The notes under the pieces are model-generated. The model saw nothing but the letters and a program-made list of their open reading frames with translations, was not told where the DNA came from and ran no database searches. The translations under genes were made by a program, and so were the position numbers. This document shows, one piece after another, positions 39,224-49,851 of a stretch of DNA of 64,000 nt (positions are counted from its first letter, which is position 1; every line of letters starts with the position of its first letter). This DNA is from a virus. The stretch covers positions 2,373-66,372 of the IMG/VR virus record IMGVR_UViG_3300038299_000386; one strand, given 5' to 3'.

Positions 39224-41214
39224 TTATTTTTGTATTCTGGCGCATCAAACGCAAGCGCCCTTGTGCCCGGTCGCGCTCGATAGAATACATGCCAGCCATT
39301 CTTAACCGGCACAACTCGGGCCTTGTAGCCGCGTTCTCTAAGTTTGCCAGCAATTATTTGTTGGCTAATCTTTGATTTAGGCGTTATTTCTAATTTCCTA
39401 AAATCTTGGCCATCAATTCTGCGATTGTAATTCCTGTTTGCAATTTTTCTGTGGAAAATGCGCTGCTGTATTGTCCCATCAGCCAGTTCATTTGGTTGCG
39501 TCGTATCGAGGCCAGGGAAGGCAAAATACGGGACTTCAGTACCGTCTCTCGCCTTGTATACCACACTCCGCATCCTTGAATCGTAATGATCCTTGATATA
39601 TTGCTCGCCATCCTTTTCAAAGTACAGGGGATGAGACCTCCATATCATACTCATGTTGTCGCCGCTTACTGGTATGACTTCATCTTCAAGTAGCGCTCCG
39701 GCAGGCAAATTTCGCTCGAATTCTTCGACATTAGCCGCAAGCCAAGCGCCCCAGTTTGGGTCCGAACCATCATCTTCAATATGGGCTAATATCCGAGACT
39801 CTATTGGTGCATTTTCGGCGTTTTGATGAGTCAAAACGTGCAAATAGGTTTCCGGCAGGTCAAACAATTGTTGCCCCCTATCGGTCGCAGTAACAGGACG
39901 GGGGCGGATTTCATCGCCCCTGAAATAGCCACCGGACTCAAAAACACCCGGCTCGCCTAAGGTCAAGTCCAGTTCAGAACCAATATTTACGCCTCTTAGC
40001 GGAAAATTTCTGAGGAATTCTTCGTAGTTGGCTCCGTATTCATCATAAGGATTTACAGAGAATCTTCCCGTTGAGTCATACATTGGATCAGTGATGAAAG
40101 TACCATCTTGATCGTAAAAGCCAATTTGCTCTCCCGATGGATTTAGCAATTGCATAAATTCATCATCCATAATTCCTCTTTCCCTCCCCATTGTTCGCCT
40201 TAGGATTCGGAAGTCATAGGGTCGTGGCTGTCGATTGTAAATTCTCACACGATTGTTCAAGCTCCCTTCTCCGAAAATGTTTGATTGTGTTGGAATGCCG
40301 TCTCTTGCTACCAAGTTTGGCTTATCTGGGGCCAAATAAGTTCCATCGTTGAGCAACCACTTTCTCATTTTGTTGCCGAATTGTGGGTTTGTAGGATCGC
40401 TTTTGTAAATCTCGCTCAACAAATATGCGGCCTTCTCTGGGTCATTGGTTTTTGGATGAACATAAAGCCCGAACCTCTTGGTGCCCCTGGCCTTGTCATC
40501 ATCAACCTTGGTAATCCTCGCCAGAAAACCAACTCTCCTTAGATTTTTGGCGTATTCCTCCAATGTTTCACGGGTGTAGCCTATTGCTGCAAGAGGAAAG
40601 AACCTGTATTCATCCCCTACTTTGTAGCGTTTCTCACTATTACGTTCTCCCCCCGCATCAATATTATAATCGGGGTCGAGTTGATCCCAGCGATAAAAAA
40701 ACGATGTCCCGTTCCTGCTTGGTGCTTGAACCGAAAATCCATTTTCACCCTTTGTGCCATTCCATTGGTTAATCTCCGGCGCATCCTTGTCTAAAACTTC
40801 TTGATAAGCTGCGTTGATTATTCGGTTTTTTTGCTCCATACTCAGCCTTTTAGGGCGTTTGACTCTTTGCATTTCTAATTCATCGTAAAAATCCTTTATG
40901 TTACGGATTATCGCCTTCTCAATTCTCTGATTGTTTTGATAAGCCTCAATGATGTCATCCTTGCGCATAAAAGAAGAATCTTCGTTGCGAATCAATTTTC
41001 CATCTTCGTCCGCCGCTACGTAAACTTTACCTTCGGCATCCCTGTTAGTCATGATTCCCAACTCCCGCCGTTTTTCAATCATGGATTTAACCTGGTCCTG
41101 ATTCAATCCTTTGGCCCATTCTGGAGAATATTCGCCACTACTTACCATTCTGTCAAGTAAACCCTGAAGTTCGGCAACTCCTAATATCGGAGTTTTTGGT
41201 AGTAGCACCATCAA
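39211..41214 (-). CDS. Tagged cargo protein with two tag copies
   Basis: Internal YAKNLRRVGFLARITK...RFGLYVHPK; C-term RRIDGQDF...AGKLRERGYKARVVPVKNGWHVFY; RIYNR and RNYNR linkers. Confidence 0.9.
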   Translation of the reverse strand: MMVLLPKTPILGVAELQGLLDRMVSSGEYSPEWAKGLNQDQVKSMIEKRRELGIMTNRDAEGKVYVAADEDGKLIRNEDSSFMRKDDIIEAYQNNQRIEKAIIRNIKDFYDELEMQRVKRPKRLSMEQKNRIINAAYQEVLDKDAPEINQWNGTKGENGFSVQAPSRNGTSFFYRWDQLDPDYNIDAGGERNSEKRYKVGDEYRFFPLAAIGYTRETLEEYAKNLRRVGFLARITKVDDDKARGTKRFGLYVHPKTNDPEKAAYLLSEIYKSDPTNPQFGNKMRKWLLNDGTYLAPDKPNLVARDGIPTQSNIFGEGSLNNRVRIYNRQPRPYDFRILRRTMGRERGIMDDEFMQLLNPSGEQIGFYDQDGTFITDPMYDSTGRFSVNPYDEYGANYEEFLRNFPLRGVNIGSELDLTLGEPGVFESGGYFRGDEIRPRPVTATDRGQQLFDLPETYLHVLTHQNAENAPIESRILAHIEDDGSDPNWGAWLAANVEEFERNLPAGALLEDEVIPVSGDNMSMIWRSHPLYFEKDGEQYIKDHYDSRMRSVVYKARDGTEVPYFAFPGLDTTQPNELADGTIQQRIFHRKIANRNYNRRIDGQDFRKLEITPKSKISQQIIAGKLRERGYKARVVPVKNGWHVFYRARPGTRALAFDAPEYKNKWRE

Positions 41215-42860
41215 AGGCGCCTCCTGAAGTAATCACGGTGTAGTGATTTTGAAGAGTTTAGCGAGCGGGGAGATTTAGTTTTTTGAAGTTCGTCTACAAA
41301 ACCATCGGGGACAGTTCCAAATCGATAGCCTCCGGAACGACTCTGCGCCACACCAAACGTTTCGAGGATTTGTCTATTCTCGTCATTATATCGAGAATCA
41401 AAGGGCTGGTAATGAGTTCTTGGGGCGGCAAGGTTCACCCACCCCCCAGCAACAGGAACGGTTCGCATCAACCATCCTCTTGAACGGCCTATGTCGGCAA
41501 TCTTTCTTGCAGAAGATTTGTTATTCCATATCACCAAGCCGTCTCCGGCTATCCGTGAAGCAAAAGTGACCGACTTACCATCAGCATTTTTGTAGGTTCG
41601 CTTGAATTGGGGCATCTTCTTCGAAAATTTCAAATCGCCACCTTTGCCTGTACCTTGAATTGGGTCGCCCAAAGAGGTGCGATCGTCTGTTAGTGGAGGG
41701 CTGTTTTTATCCCAACCAATCATATTTCCTTGCTTTCTCGTCCAAGTGTCTGAGTATGGTTCGAATAGGAAGCCTGGTATTTTGTATCCATCTGGTGTTT
41801 TGGAACGCCTTGACGTAGTTATGAATTCGGGATTTTGCCCCGTAGATGAAATTAAGTTTCTTCCTCTTGCAACGGGGAAGTTCGTATCGGGGTTTGCAAT
41901 ATCGACAGCTTCACCAAGTTCGACGTCGATTTCAAATGGCACAGAGGAGGGAATACCCCGTTTTACAAAGAGGCCCGATGGAATAGCGAAATAGGAGTCA
42001 TTCTTCGCCCATGCCTCAATTATGCCTTCCATTTCTTCATTAAAGCCCCACGTGAAATTTCCAAATTTCGGAGGTGAACCTTCAATGATGAAAGGGGGCT
42101 TTGTTTCTGAAAACAATGATATGTCGTTAGATTTGGCCTTAGCGCCTCCTTTTGCTTCGTACTTAAATCTGAAATCATCTTCGTCTATCTCAATTTGTGG
42201 ATTAAAGTGCAGTTTGACTAGTTCGTCCTTTGCCACCTTTATGTCTTCCCAACGGAAACTATCACGTGACTCACCGAATGTTCTAAGTTTGTATGCGTTA
42301 GAAGCAGTTGGTTTTGTGACTTCAAAGGCAAGACGGTATGGTGAGCGCCCCCTTTCTATTGAATTGAATGCGCTTTGGAAGTCAATTCTGGTCCCTCCAC
42401 CCGTTCTCACACCAGCAGCAGAGTTCCTGGGCCAACCGAACGCTTCGAAGGGACGATCACGACTGGTCGAATTCTTAACGAAGCCAAATACGGACTTTAT
42501 GCCGAGATAATCCCGGAATGCAGTTTGAAATTGTTTCATTTCCTTTGTGGCCTCTTTGGAATCCGACCATACGATCTCGTCGTTTTGCATGCCGTCAATG
42601 GAACGGGCGGCTTTATTCATGGCCTGCTTGTTTTGGGTGGGGCGTCGGATTGACTCATATTCTTCCCAGACAGCGTCCTCCATTTCAGGAACATCATTCA
42701 ACCCACTCGCATATTCTTTCATTCTTTCGCGTTTCAGATACTCTTGTGTTTCCCGATCATCTCGGATTAAACGCTCCCTTAAGGTCTCTTTTTTTCGGTT
42801 AGTTTCAATGCGGGAGCGCTTGACAGAGTCTTGAAGTTCTTTGCCTGTCATGGCTTTCAT
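41211..42860 (-). CDS. Tagged cargo protein (C-terminal tag)
   Basis: WNNKSSARKIADIGRSRGWLMRTVPVAGGWVN; ATGA overlap at 42860. Confidence 0.85.
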   Translation of the reverse strand: MKAMTGKELQDSVKRSRIETNRKKETLRERLIRDDRETQEYLKRERMKEYASGLNDVPEMEDAVWEEYESIRRPTQNKQAMNKAARSIDGMQNDEIVWSDSKEATKEMKQFQTAFRDYLGIKSVFGFVKNSTSRDRPFEAFGWPRNSAAGVRTGGGTRIDFQSAFNSIERGRSPYRLAFEVTKPTASNAYKLRTFGESRDSFRWEDIKVAKDELVKLHFNPQIEIDEDDFRFKYEAKGGAKAKSNDISLFSETKPPFIIEGSPPKFGNFTWGFNEEMEGIIEAWAKNDSYFAIPSGLFVKRGIPSSVPFEIDVELGEAVDIANPDTNFPVARGRNLISSTGQNPEFITTSRRSKTPDGYKIPGFLFEPYSDTWTRKQGNMIGWDKNSPPLTDDRTSLGDPIQGTGKGGDLKFSKKMPQFKRTYKNADGKSVTFASRIAGDGLVIWNNKSSARKIADIGRSRGWLMRTVPVAGGWVNLAAPRTHYQPFDSRYNDENRQILETFGVAQSRSGGYRFGTVPDGFVDELQKTKSPRSLNSSKSLHRDYFRRRL

Positions 42861-44266
42861 TTCTTTTGCCCCCCAATGTATACGGACCATGAACCGGACT
42901 TAGGAATCAATCTCGCGTTTCTGTTGAATCGGCGTCGAATAAAATGGGCTACTTGACCCGCATAGTGCCTGTTGCCGTTTTTGTAGCCCTCGACAAAGCG
43001 CTGACCTGCAATTTTTCTGGTGCGGGCATACGCCTTTGGATCTAATTCGGGACGTGCCCGAAGAAATGATGCCTCAATCGGAGCGCCCCTTTCAGATTTG
43101 GTTCTAAATTTGTATTCGACAACGGAATTCAGAGGTGGAGGGTTCTCGGTGTCGTAATCACTCAAGCCTGAACCAAGTTTCCAACGCTTCTTTGTTCCGT
43201 CCTTGAGTTTAGTTTGCATAAGCAGCGAACCAACCTTGCCTTCTCTTTTGCCCAGGCCTTCTTCGTATCCTACCACAAGCCCCTCTTCGGTGAAAGCAGG
43301 TTTGACTTTGAGGATTGTTTGCACTCGGCCAGTCTCAAAAATAGAGTCGTCCTGTCGCATCATGAAGCCTTCAGCGTTTCTCGAAACAACTTGGTATAGG
43401 GCATCATCAAGTTGATCCAAGTCTTTGACCTTGAATTGGGGTGCGAAAAAAACAGGTTCTGAAGTTGTCATATCCACGACAGAACCGTCTTCTTTGATTT
43501 CAAAAACGACCTTTTTCGGGACAGAAGATTTCACGCCATCGTGGGAAAAGTTCAGATCGTAAAGGTTGTCATTGAAGTGGCGATAAAGCGATTCAAAACC
43601 GGATTCTTTGGTATTGAGGTTGGGGGAGTCAAAAATGATGAATGACAATTGATTCCAAGCCTCTTCTTTGGCTTCTTCAGAAGCCCAATTTTTCCTTGCG
43701 AGAACCCTGCTGGCATCACTCAAGCGACCTCTTCCTACGTATAATTCGCCATCAAATGAAACCTTTTGATTGGGTGCTTTAGCCATCTTTTTCTCAAACC
43801 ACTCCATCCGCTTGACCCAGGATTTAGGTGCATTCAGCGGATCGCCGTTTTTTTTCCGGAAATCTTTGATTTTGGGGTCCCAAAGCGCCCTCCAACCATC
43901 GAACTTCTCCGAAACCAAGAAATCATCAGCCTTGAGCTTACCCTTTTCAAAACGTCTTTTTTTGGCTGCATTCAAACGCCCCGCCTTCATAATTGGGAAG
44001 TCGGATTTGTCTTTGTATCGATCACCCTTAGATGCGGAGCGCTTCGAATCAAACTTTGAACCCTCGTCAACGTAGCCCTTGCCCCGCTTCTCTTTCTCTT
44101 TCTTTTGGAAAAAATTCTTTGCAGCTTCCGCAGTATCAAAGGTACGTGTTTGATACTGAAGCGTTTTACCTCGTCGGCCATAGGAGATTTGAACTTCCTT
44201 GCCTTTTTGGTTTATGATGTAGACCTTATCGGACTTAGCATCCTTGTAAGCGAGTTCAGCATCCAT
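42857..44266 (-). CDS. lig: ATP-dependent DNA ligase with N-terminal WGR domain and C-terminal tag
   Basis: SEKFDGWR (motif I), FDGELY (III), EGFMMR (IV), LKVKP (V), OB-fold GSGLSD; WGR SDKVY...YGRRG...EKRGKGY; tag RKIAGQRF...RNARLIPKSGSWSVYIG. Confidence 0.92.
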   Translation of the reverse strand: MDAELAYKDAKSDKVYIINQKGKEVQISYGRRGKTLQYQTRTFDTAEAAKNFFQKKEKEKRGKGYVDEGSKFDSKRSASKGDRYKDKSDFPIMKAGRLNAAKKRRFEKGKLKADDFLVSEKFDGWRALWDPKIKDFRKKNGDPLNAPKSWVKRMEWFEKKMAKAPNQKVSFDGELYVGRGRLSDASRVLARKNWASEEAKEEAWNQLSFIIFDSPNLNTKESGFESLYRHFNDNLYDLNFSHDGVKSSVPKKVVFEIKEDGSVVDMTTSEPVFFAPQFKVKDLDQLDDALYQVVSRNAEGFMMRQDDSIFETGRVQTILKVKPAFTEEGLVVGYEEGLGKREGKVGSLLMQTKLKDGTKKRWKLGSGLSDYDTENPPPLNSVVEYKFRTKSERGAPIEASFLRARPELDPKAYARTRKIAGQRFVEGYKNGNRHYAGQVAHFIRRRFNRNARLIPKSGSWSVYIGGQKK

Positions 44267-44270
44267 ATTT

Positions 44271-44906
44271 TCATCTCCTTTTTTTGATTCCACGCTTGAA
44301 AAGATTCTTTTTTACGACGTAGGGGTTCATCCGCTTGAAAGCGGTTTTGTCAGCATCGCTACCATGGCGTTTGATCGATTTGACGTGCTTCTTGTTAATT
44401 ATTGGCGCAGGCTTCTCGACATAAACAGAATAGTGTGTCTTCTTTAGATCTTGATAAGGGACAACTCGAACCTTACCTCGATTATATCTTCTCAACTCAG
44501 CCGCTAATCCCTCTGCGTTGCGCTTGTTTTTCACGTCGGCCATCAAATAGCCCCGCCATCTTTTGTCAAAGGTGCGCACACCTTTGCCTTTTGATGCATT
44601 GAAATTCCATCGGTTTCTGCTCATCGCATCCCTTGAGGCCGTTATGCCCCTCGCCATAGGCCTGGATGCTTTGTTACGATTAGCTTCCCTTGTGATTAAA
44701 GTAGCCAAAGTTTTGCGATCTCTATCGGTATTTACCACGCCGTCTCGTGAGGTTTTGGCCCAACTATCCAGCGCCCCGGCAACAACCCGACGATCCTTAC
44801 CGCCCCTGGATAATTCGGCAATTAGAGAAACTCTTGAAACGCCATCAGTGACGTCGATTGGACCCATTTTTCGTAACTGAGAGACAATCTTCTCGTTCTT
44901 AGACAT
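44271..44906 (-). CDS. Basic protein with tag domain
   Basis: RTFDKRW...AEGLAAELRRYNRGKVRVVP...YSVYV. Confidence 0.75.
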   Translation of the reverse strand: MSKNEKIVSQLRKMGPIDVTDGVSRVSLIAELSRGGKDRRVVAGALDSWAKTSRDGVVNTDRDRKTLATLITREANRNKASRPMARGITASRDAMSRNRWNFNASKGKGVRTFDKRWRGYLMADVKNKRNAEGLAAELRRYNRGKVRVVPYQDLKKTHYSVYVEKPAPIINKKHVKSIKRHGSDADKTAFKRMNPYVVKKNLFKRGIKKRR

Positions 44907-44977
44907 ATCCAACCCAATTTTCTCAAGGCGCTCCTTCTTTTGAAACAATCCCTTTCGTAGCGCCAATGCGCACGCTT

Positions 44978-45178
44978 TCAATCCTCTTTTCTGCACATCG
45001 TATAGGTTCTGAAACGAGTCCTGAATGAGAAAGTATCGTGAATGATTTTTGTCGGCTTAGCTTGCAAGCCGCAGATTGAACACTTATCTATTCCATCCTT
45101 GCCTTTCTGCCACGATTCTCCATACTCATCAAATGTGTGAATCAATTTGTCTCGTGCAACGACGAAAAACACTGTCAT
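44978..45178 (-). CDS. Small Zn-ribbon protein
   Basis: H...CSICG; start uncertain. Confidence 0.4.
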   Translation of the reverse strand: MTVFFVVARDKLIHTFDEYGESWQKGKDGIDKCSICGLQAKPTKIIHDTFSFRTRFRTYTMCRKED

Positions 45179-45271
45179 GGAATCGCTAAACACACACAGT
45201 ATACAAAATCTGTGCATATCAAGTAAATGAAACCCGAACCTTTCAAATGAAATCAGGGAATCCGGAGAGTT

Positions 45272-45907
45272 ATGAGCGCAGACGGCAGACGCCAAAGGTC
45301 AAAATATCCAAAATCCCATGCAAAAATCATGGATGCGATAGAATACACAACGATTCGAGACCGCAATGATCCAAATGCATTGACAATCAAAGAAAGAATT
45401 GCTGAATCCGATAGGTACGGAATGACTCGCAACGAAATTTCTAACCACCTGGGCATGCTCAAAAAAGAAGGACGAATCAAGGCCACAAAGGATAAGAGGC
45501 CCACTTACAGTATTGTCCCTGGGCGCAGATACTCACGAACCTTCGCCCAACCAGTACCAATTTCGCCGACTCTGAATTTAGTTGGGGTCGGAATGGATCG
45601 CAACGGAAATAAGATTGCACAATTCAAACCAACCGACTCGCGTATGGGCAGAGGCTTTTCAATCCAAACAAACGGCAACCTTCCAATGCTACACAACATA
45701 CCGCAGGCTGCTCGCTCCATTGGAATGGATTTTGAGACCGGGCGAAGAATACGCAATCAAATACGTAGGCACATTGGTATGTATGGGACAGATAGACAAA
45801 ATCAATTGATTGGCCAGACAGGTGACAGGGCCATTGAACGGGGACGTCGGCGGGTTGCACGGCAGAATTTCATTCCGGGTCGAATTTTCGAGCAACGGGA
45901 TGTTTGA
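45272..45907 (+). CDS. wHTH + phage-type domain protein
   Basis: MTRNEISNHLGMLKKEGRI; RRYSR linker; RGFSIQTNGNLP; AATCTGTGC 57 nt upstream. Confidence 0.75.
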   Translation: MSADGRRQRSKYPKSHAKIMDAIEYTTIRDRNDPNALTIKERIAESDRYGMTRNEISNHLGMLKKEGRIKATKDKRPTYSIVPGRRYSRTFAQPVPISPTLNLVGVGMDRNGNKIAQFKPTDSRMGRGFSIQTNGNLPMLHNIPQAARSIGMDFETGRRIRNQIRRHIGMYGTDRQNQLIGQTGDRAIERGRRRVARQNFIPGRIFEQRDV

Positions 45908-45908
45908 A

Positions 45909-46262
45909 ATGAAGTTCCCGGTTTGGGGCCGCAGAGGACCGGGTCTGACTGACCAGATGATAATTGATCCATGGTCAGTAGTTCATTTTATTTCGGGCAC
46001 AGTTCTTTGGTTCATCGGCTTCGACTTTTACCAATCAATAGTCATCTTGATCATATTCGAGATTTGGGAAAACAGTAGATTCGGCATCGCCTTCTTCAAC
46101 CAACTGCCCAACAGGCTGTATGCATTGGTTCCGGCGGGCAAACGAAACAAAATCGAGTTCATCGAAGCGCAGAAAGATTACGTCGGCGACTCATGGGGGA
46201 ACCTAATTTTCGACATCATCTTCGGACTTAGCGGGTGGCTAATTGCCAGCACCTACTTTTGA
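45909..46262 (+). CDS. Membrane protein, DUF2585-like
   Basis: DPWSVVHFISG; FEIWEN; YVGDSWGNLIFD. Confidence 0.65.
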   Translation: MKFPVWGRRGPGLTDQMIIDPWSVVHFISGTVLWFIGFDFYQSIVILIIFEIWENSRFGIAFFNQLPNRLYALVPAGKRNKIEFIEAQKDYVGDSWGNLIFDIIFGLSGWLIASTYF

Positions 46263-46633
46263 TATTCAAGGCCATTTTTTGCGATGGTCTGCATGAGATG
46301 AATGGTGTAAATCGCAGAACCGATGAATACGCTGATGCTGGACTCCAGACGGACTCCATTGACGTAAATCAATGCAGCACCCAGGAAAGCGAGGATGTCT
46401 GTTAATGGATTCGCGAGGTATGATCTGTTGCTGCCGATTGTATCCATTTCTGAAAGCAAGAAATACAGGAAACCAAAAATCGTACCAAAAATAGTGATGG
46501 ACTGGACTGTGCCCATCGAATCAAACTCACCGATCTCATCGGTAAGCATAGAGAATGCAAACGATATTGCAAAGACAGGCAAAAGGACTACCGCAATAAG
46601 TCCCAACGGGCTAAATTTCACTCTGTATCCCAT
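46253..46633 (-). CDS. 4-TM membrane protein
   Basis: GAGGTGG RBS; hydrophobic; NPLTD, IHLMQ. Confidence 0.7.
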   Translation of the reverse strand: MGYRVKFSPLGLIAVVLLPVFAISFAFSMLTDEIGEFDSMGTVQSITIFGTIFGFLYFLLSEMDTIGSNRSYLANPLTDILAFLGAALIYVNGVRLESSISVFIGSAIYTIHLMQTIAKNGLEYQK

Positions 46634-46642
46634 TTTCCCACC

Positions 46643-47965
46643 TCATTCAATTGCGTCATCGAAACCATCCTCGTTCTTATCTGATGCCCATTCGGGCAGA
46701 CGTTGGCCACTGAACCATGCAGGGTTGTTGTAAGTGCGGTTGTAATCTCTTTCACCTTGATCATGCAGGAACGATTCACGAATCTCATACAATCTTTTCC
46801 TTACAACCGAAAGGTCGATGGGCAAAACGCCAAGCTTCAACTCATCATCGACTGCACTCGCACTTGCGGCGAGGTACTCATCTCCATGAGTTCTGTCATC
46901 CATTGCCTCTTCGAGCATATCAAAAATCTCTTGGCGCTTGGTTTTTTTGTTTCCAAGGCGCATTTCTTTGCGAATCTTGTTTCTATCATAAGGCTCCTTT
47001 TTTCTGTTGTAGGTGTTTATATCCCCGGTTCTGTCAATGCCTATCACATTAACAAATTCTCCAGTTTCCGAATTAACAAATCCCTTTGGCGTTGTTGCTC
47101 CGATATTACTGCCGATTAACGTGCCTAATTCTTCATAATTCATTGGGTCATCGTCAATATAATATTGCACAAGGTCTGCGAGAGATTCCATGAATACTCT
47201 CATTTCCAATTCCCCACCTACTACCATCCTTCGGGTATTTGCATCGTCATCATCCCAAGTCCACTCAGGTAAAAATTGTCTGGCCGTTTCGAAAAATTGC
47301 CGATCGCCGTATTTTTCATTCAGTGCGTTCATAATCGCTGCAGCACGTTGTAATTTGTAGGCATGCGGAGGCATTTGCTGCAAAAGTTCGGGCAGTTGCG
47401 CCCCATCTTGCCTGTAATCGTAGTTTAGGTCTTCAGCATATACAGGGTAAACCCAACCAAGAGCGGGGTTGTCTGGGTCATCGTCGAGGACTTGCCGGAG
47501 TTGGTCGGCCGGAACACCCAAACCCCCGGTCATAACCATTGGCTTGGGCGCTCCAACATGAAATATGGTGCTGTCATACCTTAGGCCATGCCTTTGGTTG
47601 ATTTGAGGTTGAACTCCAAGGCTTCTACCCTGGCTTTCGAGTTGATTGTGTCTCTGCAGGTGGTAAATATCGCGATTAGGTGGAATCATCGTTGGATCGA
47701 ATCGATTGTACCTTCTTCCGCCCCGATAATACAGCGAATACCCATCCTTTACAGGAATGACGCGGGCTAAGTGGCCCGTCTGCCTCAGGCGTTCGGCCAT
47801 GGCTCTCGCTGTGTCTTTGAGTTGAATGTTGGTCGCTACACGAGCGAAAGCCTTTCCATCAATCCTTCTTTTGGGTGTCTTGGCGAATGATTCTTTAGAA
47901 TGATTGTAACGCCTTGATGATGATCGGCAACTCGCACAGCTACAATTTCTTTTTCCACATGACAT
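46643..47965 (-). CDS. Tagged cargo protein (Cys-rich N-terminus, tag, acidic modules)
   Basis: CGKRNCSCASC; RRIDGKAF...AERLRQTGHLARVIPVKDGYSLYY; RRYNH, RRYNR, TYNR, RDYNRTYN. Confidence 0.9.
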   Translation of the reverse strand: MSCGKRNCSCASCRSSSRRYNHSKESFAKTPKRRIDGKAFARVATNIQLKDTARAMAERLRQTGHLARVIPVKDGYSLYYRGGRRYNRFDPTMIPPNRDIYHLQRHNQLESQGRSLGVQPQINQRHGLRYDSTIFHVGAPKPMVMTGGLGVPADQLRQVLDDDPDNPALGWVYPVYAEDLNYDYRQDGAQLPELLQQMPPHAYKLQRAAAIMNALNEKYGDRQFFETARQFLPEWTWDDDDANTRRMVVGGELEMRVFMESLADLVQYYIDDDPMNYEELGTLIGSNIGATTPKGFVNSETGEFVNVIGIDRTGDINTYNRKKEPYDRNKIRKEMRLGNKKTKRQEIFDMLEEAMDDRTHGDEYLAASASAVDDELKLGVLPIDLSVVRKRLYEIRESFLHDQGERDYNRTYNNPAWFSGQRLPEWASDKNEDGFDDAIE

Positions 47966-47978
47966 TAAAATTTCCTCC

Positions 47979-48104
47979 TCATTGTTCGATTACCCATAGT
48001 ACAAAAACCGATATGAACGATAAGAATAGGATGAACGGAAAAGCGGCAAGGATTGAACCAATCGCCGAAATAACCCTATCATCCCATTCTTGTATTCCAT
48101 CCAA
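47979..48104 (-). CDS. Small single-TM protein, 41 aa (absent from ORF track)
   Basis: GAGGTGA then TTG: MDGIQEWDDRVISAIGSILAAFPFILFLSFISVFVLWVIEQ. Confidence 0.55.
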   Translation of the reverse strand: MDGIQEWDDRVISAIGSILAAFPFILFLSFISVFVLWVIEQ

Positions 48105-48108
48105 AGAA

Positions 48109-49851
48109 TCACCTCTTGTTCAAGTAAAGCCCATGGCCTTGTGTGTTAGGAATGACTCGGGCATAGTAGCCCCTATTTCGCAGAAGGTGGGCTAATTTGG
48201 AAACATCAGTATTTTTTCCGGTTCCGACGTAGTTGTATTTCCTCGTTCCGCTTCTTGTACGAATGTTTCGGAATCTACTCGAGCCCTTACGAGGGTGCAA
48301 TTCCGGCCGCATGGCTTTCATTAGGTTTTTTTGCAGTCGGAGAGCCGTCGACTTGTTGCCGTATTCATTGCGTAATTCATGCACGCCCTTACGCCAAAAC
48401 TTCCCTTGTGAAGCAGCAAATGCTTCTCTGAAGGAAGCACCTTGCGCCAGGGCTTCTTTGATTAGAGCGGATTGAACGGCATTTGCAGCATACCTGTCTG
48501 CGACTGATCCTCTTTTCCCAGCGCGACGGCGGTTCTCGTCAAGAACCTCGTTAATCAATAGGTCGACGTTTGGACTCATCGCCATCGCTCGACGCCGTCT
48601 TTTGCCTTTCAATGGAATCGCTTGGTCACCATTCCATTCACTCTCTATGTTAGTAAACTCGATATTATCCAAGGCCATATTGTAATATTCCTCGAACTTA
48701 TTTCTTCCGGCCTCGGTGTATCCTGTTACGTCCATGTCGTCGGTGAACTGAGGGTGATTCGAATCGATAATTTCGCCATCATCGTCCATTACGAACAAAT
48801 CAGTTTTCTTCCATCCAGAATCTAAAAGAGCTTGTTCAGCAATATCAATCGCTTGATCAACTGTCGTGTCTGAGAAGGGTGCATCACCAGTTATCATATC
48901 ATTAACACGACGTTTATATTGTTCCCGATCGTTTAATTCTTCAATTATCAATTTCGCATCCTCGGCCGTACTATAATCTATGTCCGCTTTGAGGATTTCA
49001 ACTTCTTCATCGAATTTTGCCCAGTCTTCCCGCTTGCGCTTGCGACCTGAGACGATGCCGAGGATTGCATCGGCCATTTCAGAATCATTCATTTTATCAA
49101 CTCCGTTTCTTGATAATAGCACGTCCATCTCTTCTTTGCTTAACATATCGGGGCCGTCATCATAGAGATAGCGATCCAGAATGGCACTTGAACGTTCGGA
49201 TTCGGGGTCGGTCATTCCAGCCATGTCGTCAGCACTTTGCCCTGAAGAATTCCAGCGTTCCCATGCGTCTTCTTCTCTCATGTAAGTTCGCCCTGGGTTC
49301 AAAACATCTCTTAAATCAGAACGAGAGTAACGTTCAACCCCGGACATGGTATTGATAACAAGATTATCACCATCCCAATCCCAGTCAATTACATTTCCAA
49401 AATCGTCTGATTGTTTAACAAATCTTTCAATTTTGTTCATATCGTTCCATCCAAGCAAAAGTCGCCAATCAACCATGTCTTCTAAATCGCTTAGTCGCCC
49501 ATCCATTCCATCTTCTACTTTTTTCCAGCGGAAATTATCCAAGCCTGAAGCGTATGGTTCCATTAGCATATCGAGGTTTACTTCAATCGCAACGTCGGGC
49601 ATTTCCCGCATTTCATCAAGGTTTTTTGGCCCATTTGGATCAGAAACCTCGTAAATCCAATAATTTTCCTCTGGTTTTGATTCCTCTTCATTCAAGGTGT
49701 AATTCAGATTATTGTCCGTATTCAAAAGTTGATCGGGCGCAGTACGCTGACCCTCTTCGGCCCACATCTCTTGCCTTAGCGCTCGCTCGATTAAGTCCTG
49801 TTGTTCCTTAGTCAGCGTTCTAATGAATGCTGTTGGTTTGATTTTATCCAT
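48109..49851 (-). CDS. Tagged cargo protein (acidic multi-module, C-terminal tag)
   Basis: C-term RKYNYVG...LAHLLRNRGYYARVIPNTQGHGLYL. Confidence 0.9.
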   Translation of the reverse strand: MDKIKPTAFIRTLTKEQQDLIERALRQEMWAEEGQRTAPDQLLNTDNNLNYTLNEEESKPEENYWIYEVSDPNGPKNLDEMREMPDVAIEVNLDMLMEPYASGLDNFRWKKVEDGMDGRLSDLEDMVDWRLLLGWNDMNKIERFVKQSDDFGNVIDWDWDGDNLVINTMSGVERYSRSDLRDVLNPGRTYMREEDAWERWNSSGQSADDMAGMTDPESERSSAILDRYLYDDGPDMLSKEEMDVLLSRNGVDKMNDSEMADAILGIVSGRKRKREDWAKFDEEVEILKADIDYSTAEDAKLIIEELNDREQYKRRVNDMITGDAPFSDTTVDQAIDIAEQALLDSGWKKTDLFVMDDDGEIIDSNHPQFTDDMDVTGYTEAGRNKFEEYYNMALDNIEFTNIESEWNGDQAIPLKGKRRRRAMAMSPNVDLLINEVLDENRRRAGKRGSVADRYAANAVQSALIKEALAQGASFREAFAASQGKFWRKGVHELRNEYGNKSTALRLQKNLMKAMRPELHPRKGSSRFRNIRTRSGTRKYNYVGTGKNTDVSKLAHLLRNRGYYARVIPNTQGHGLYLNKR

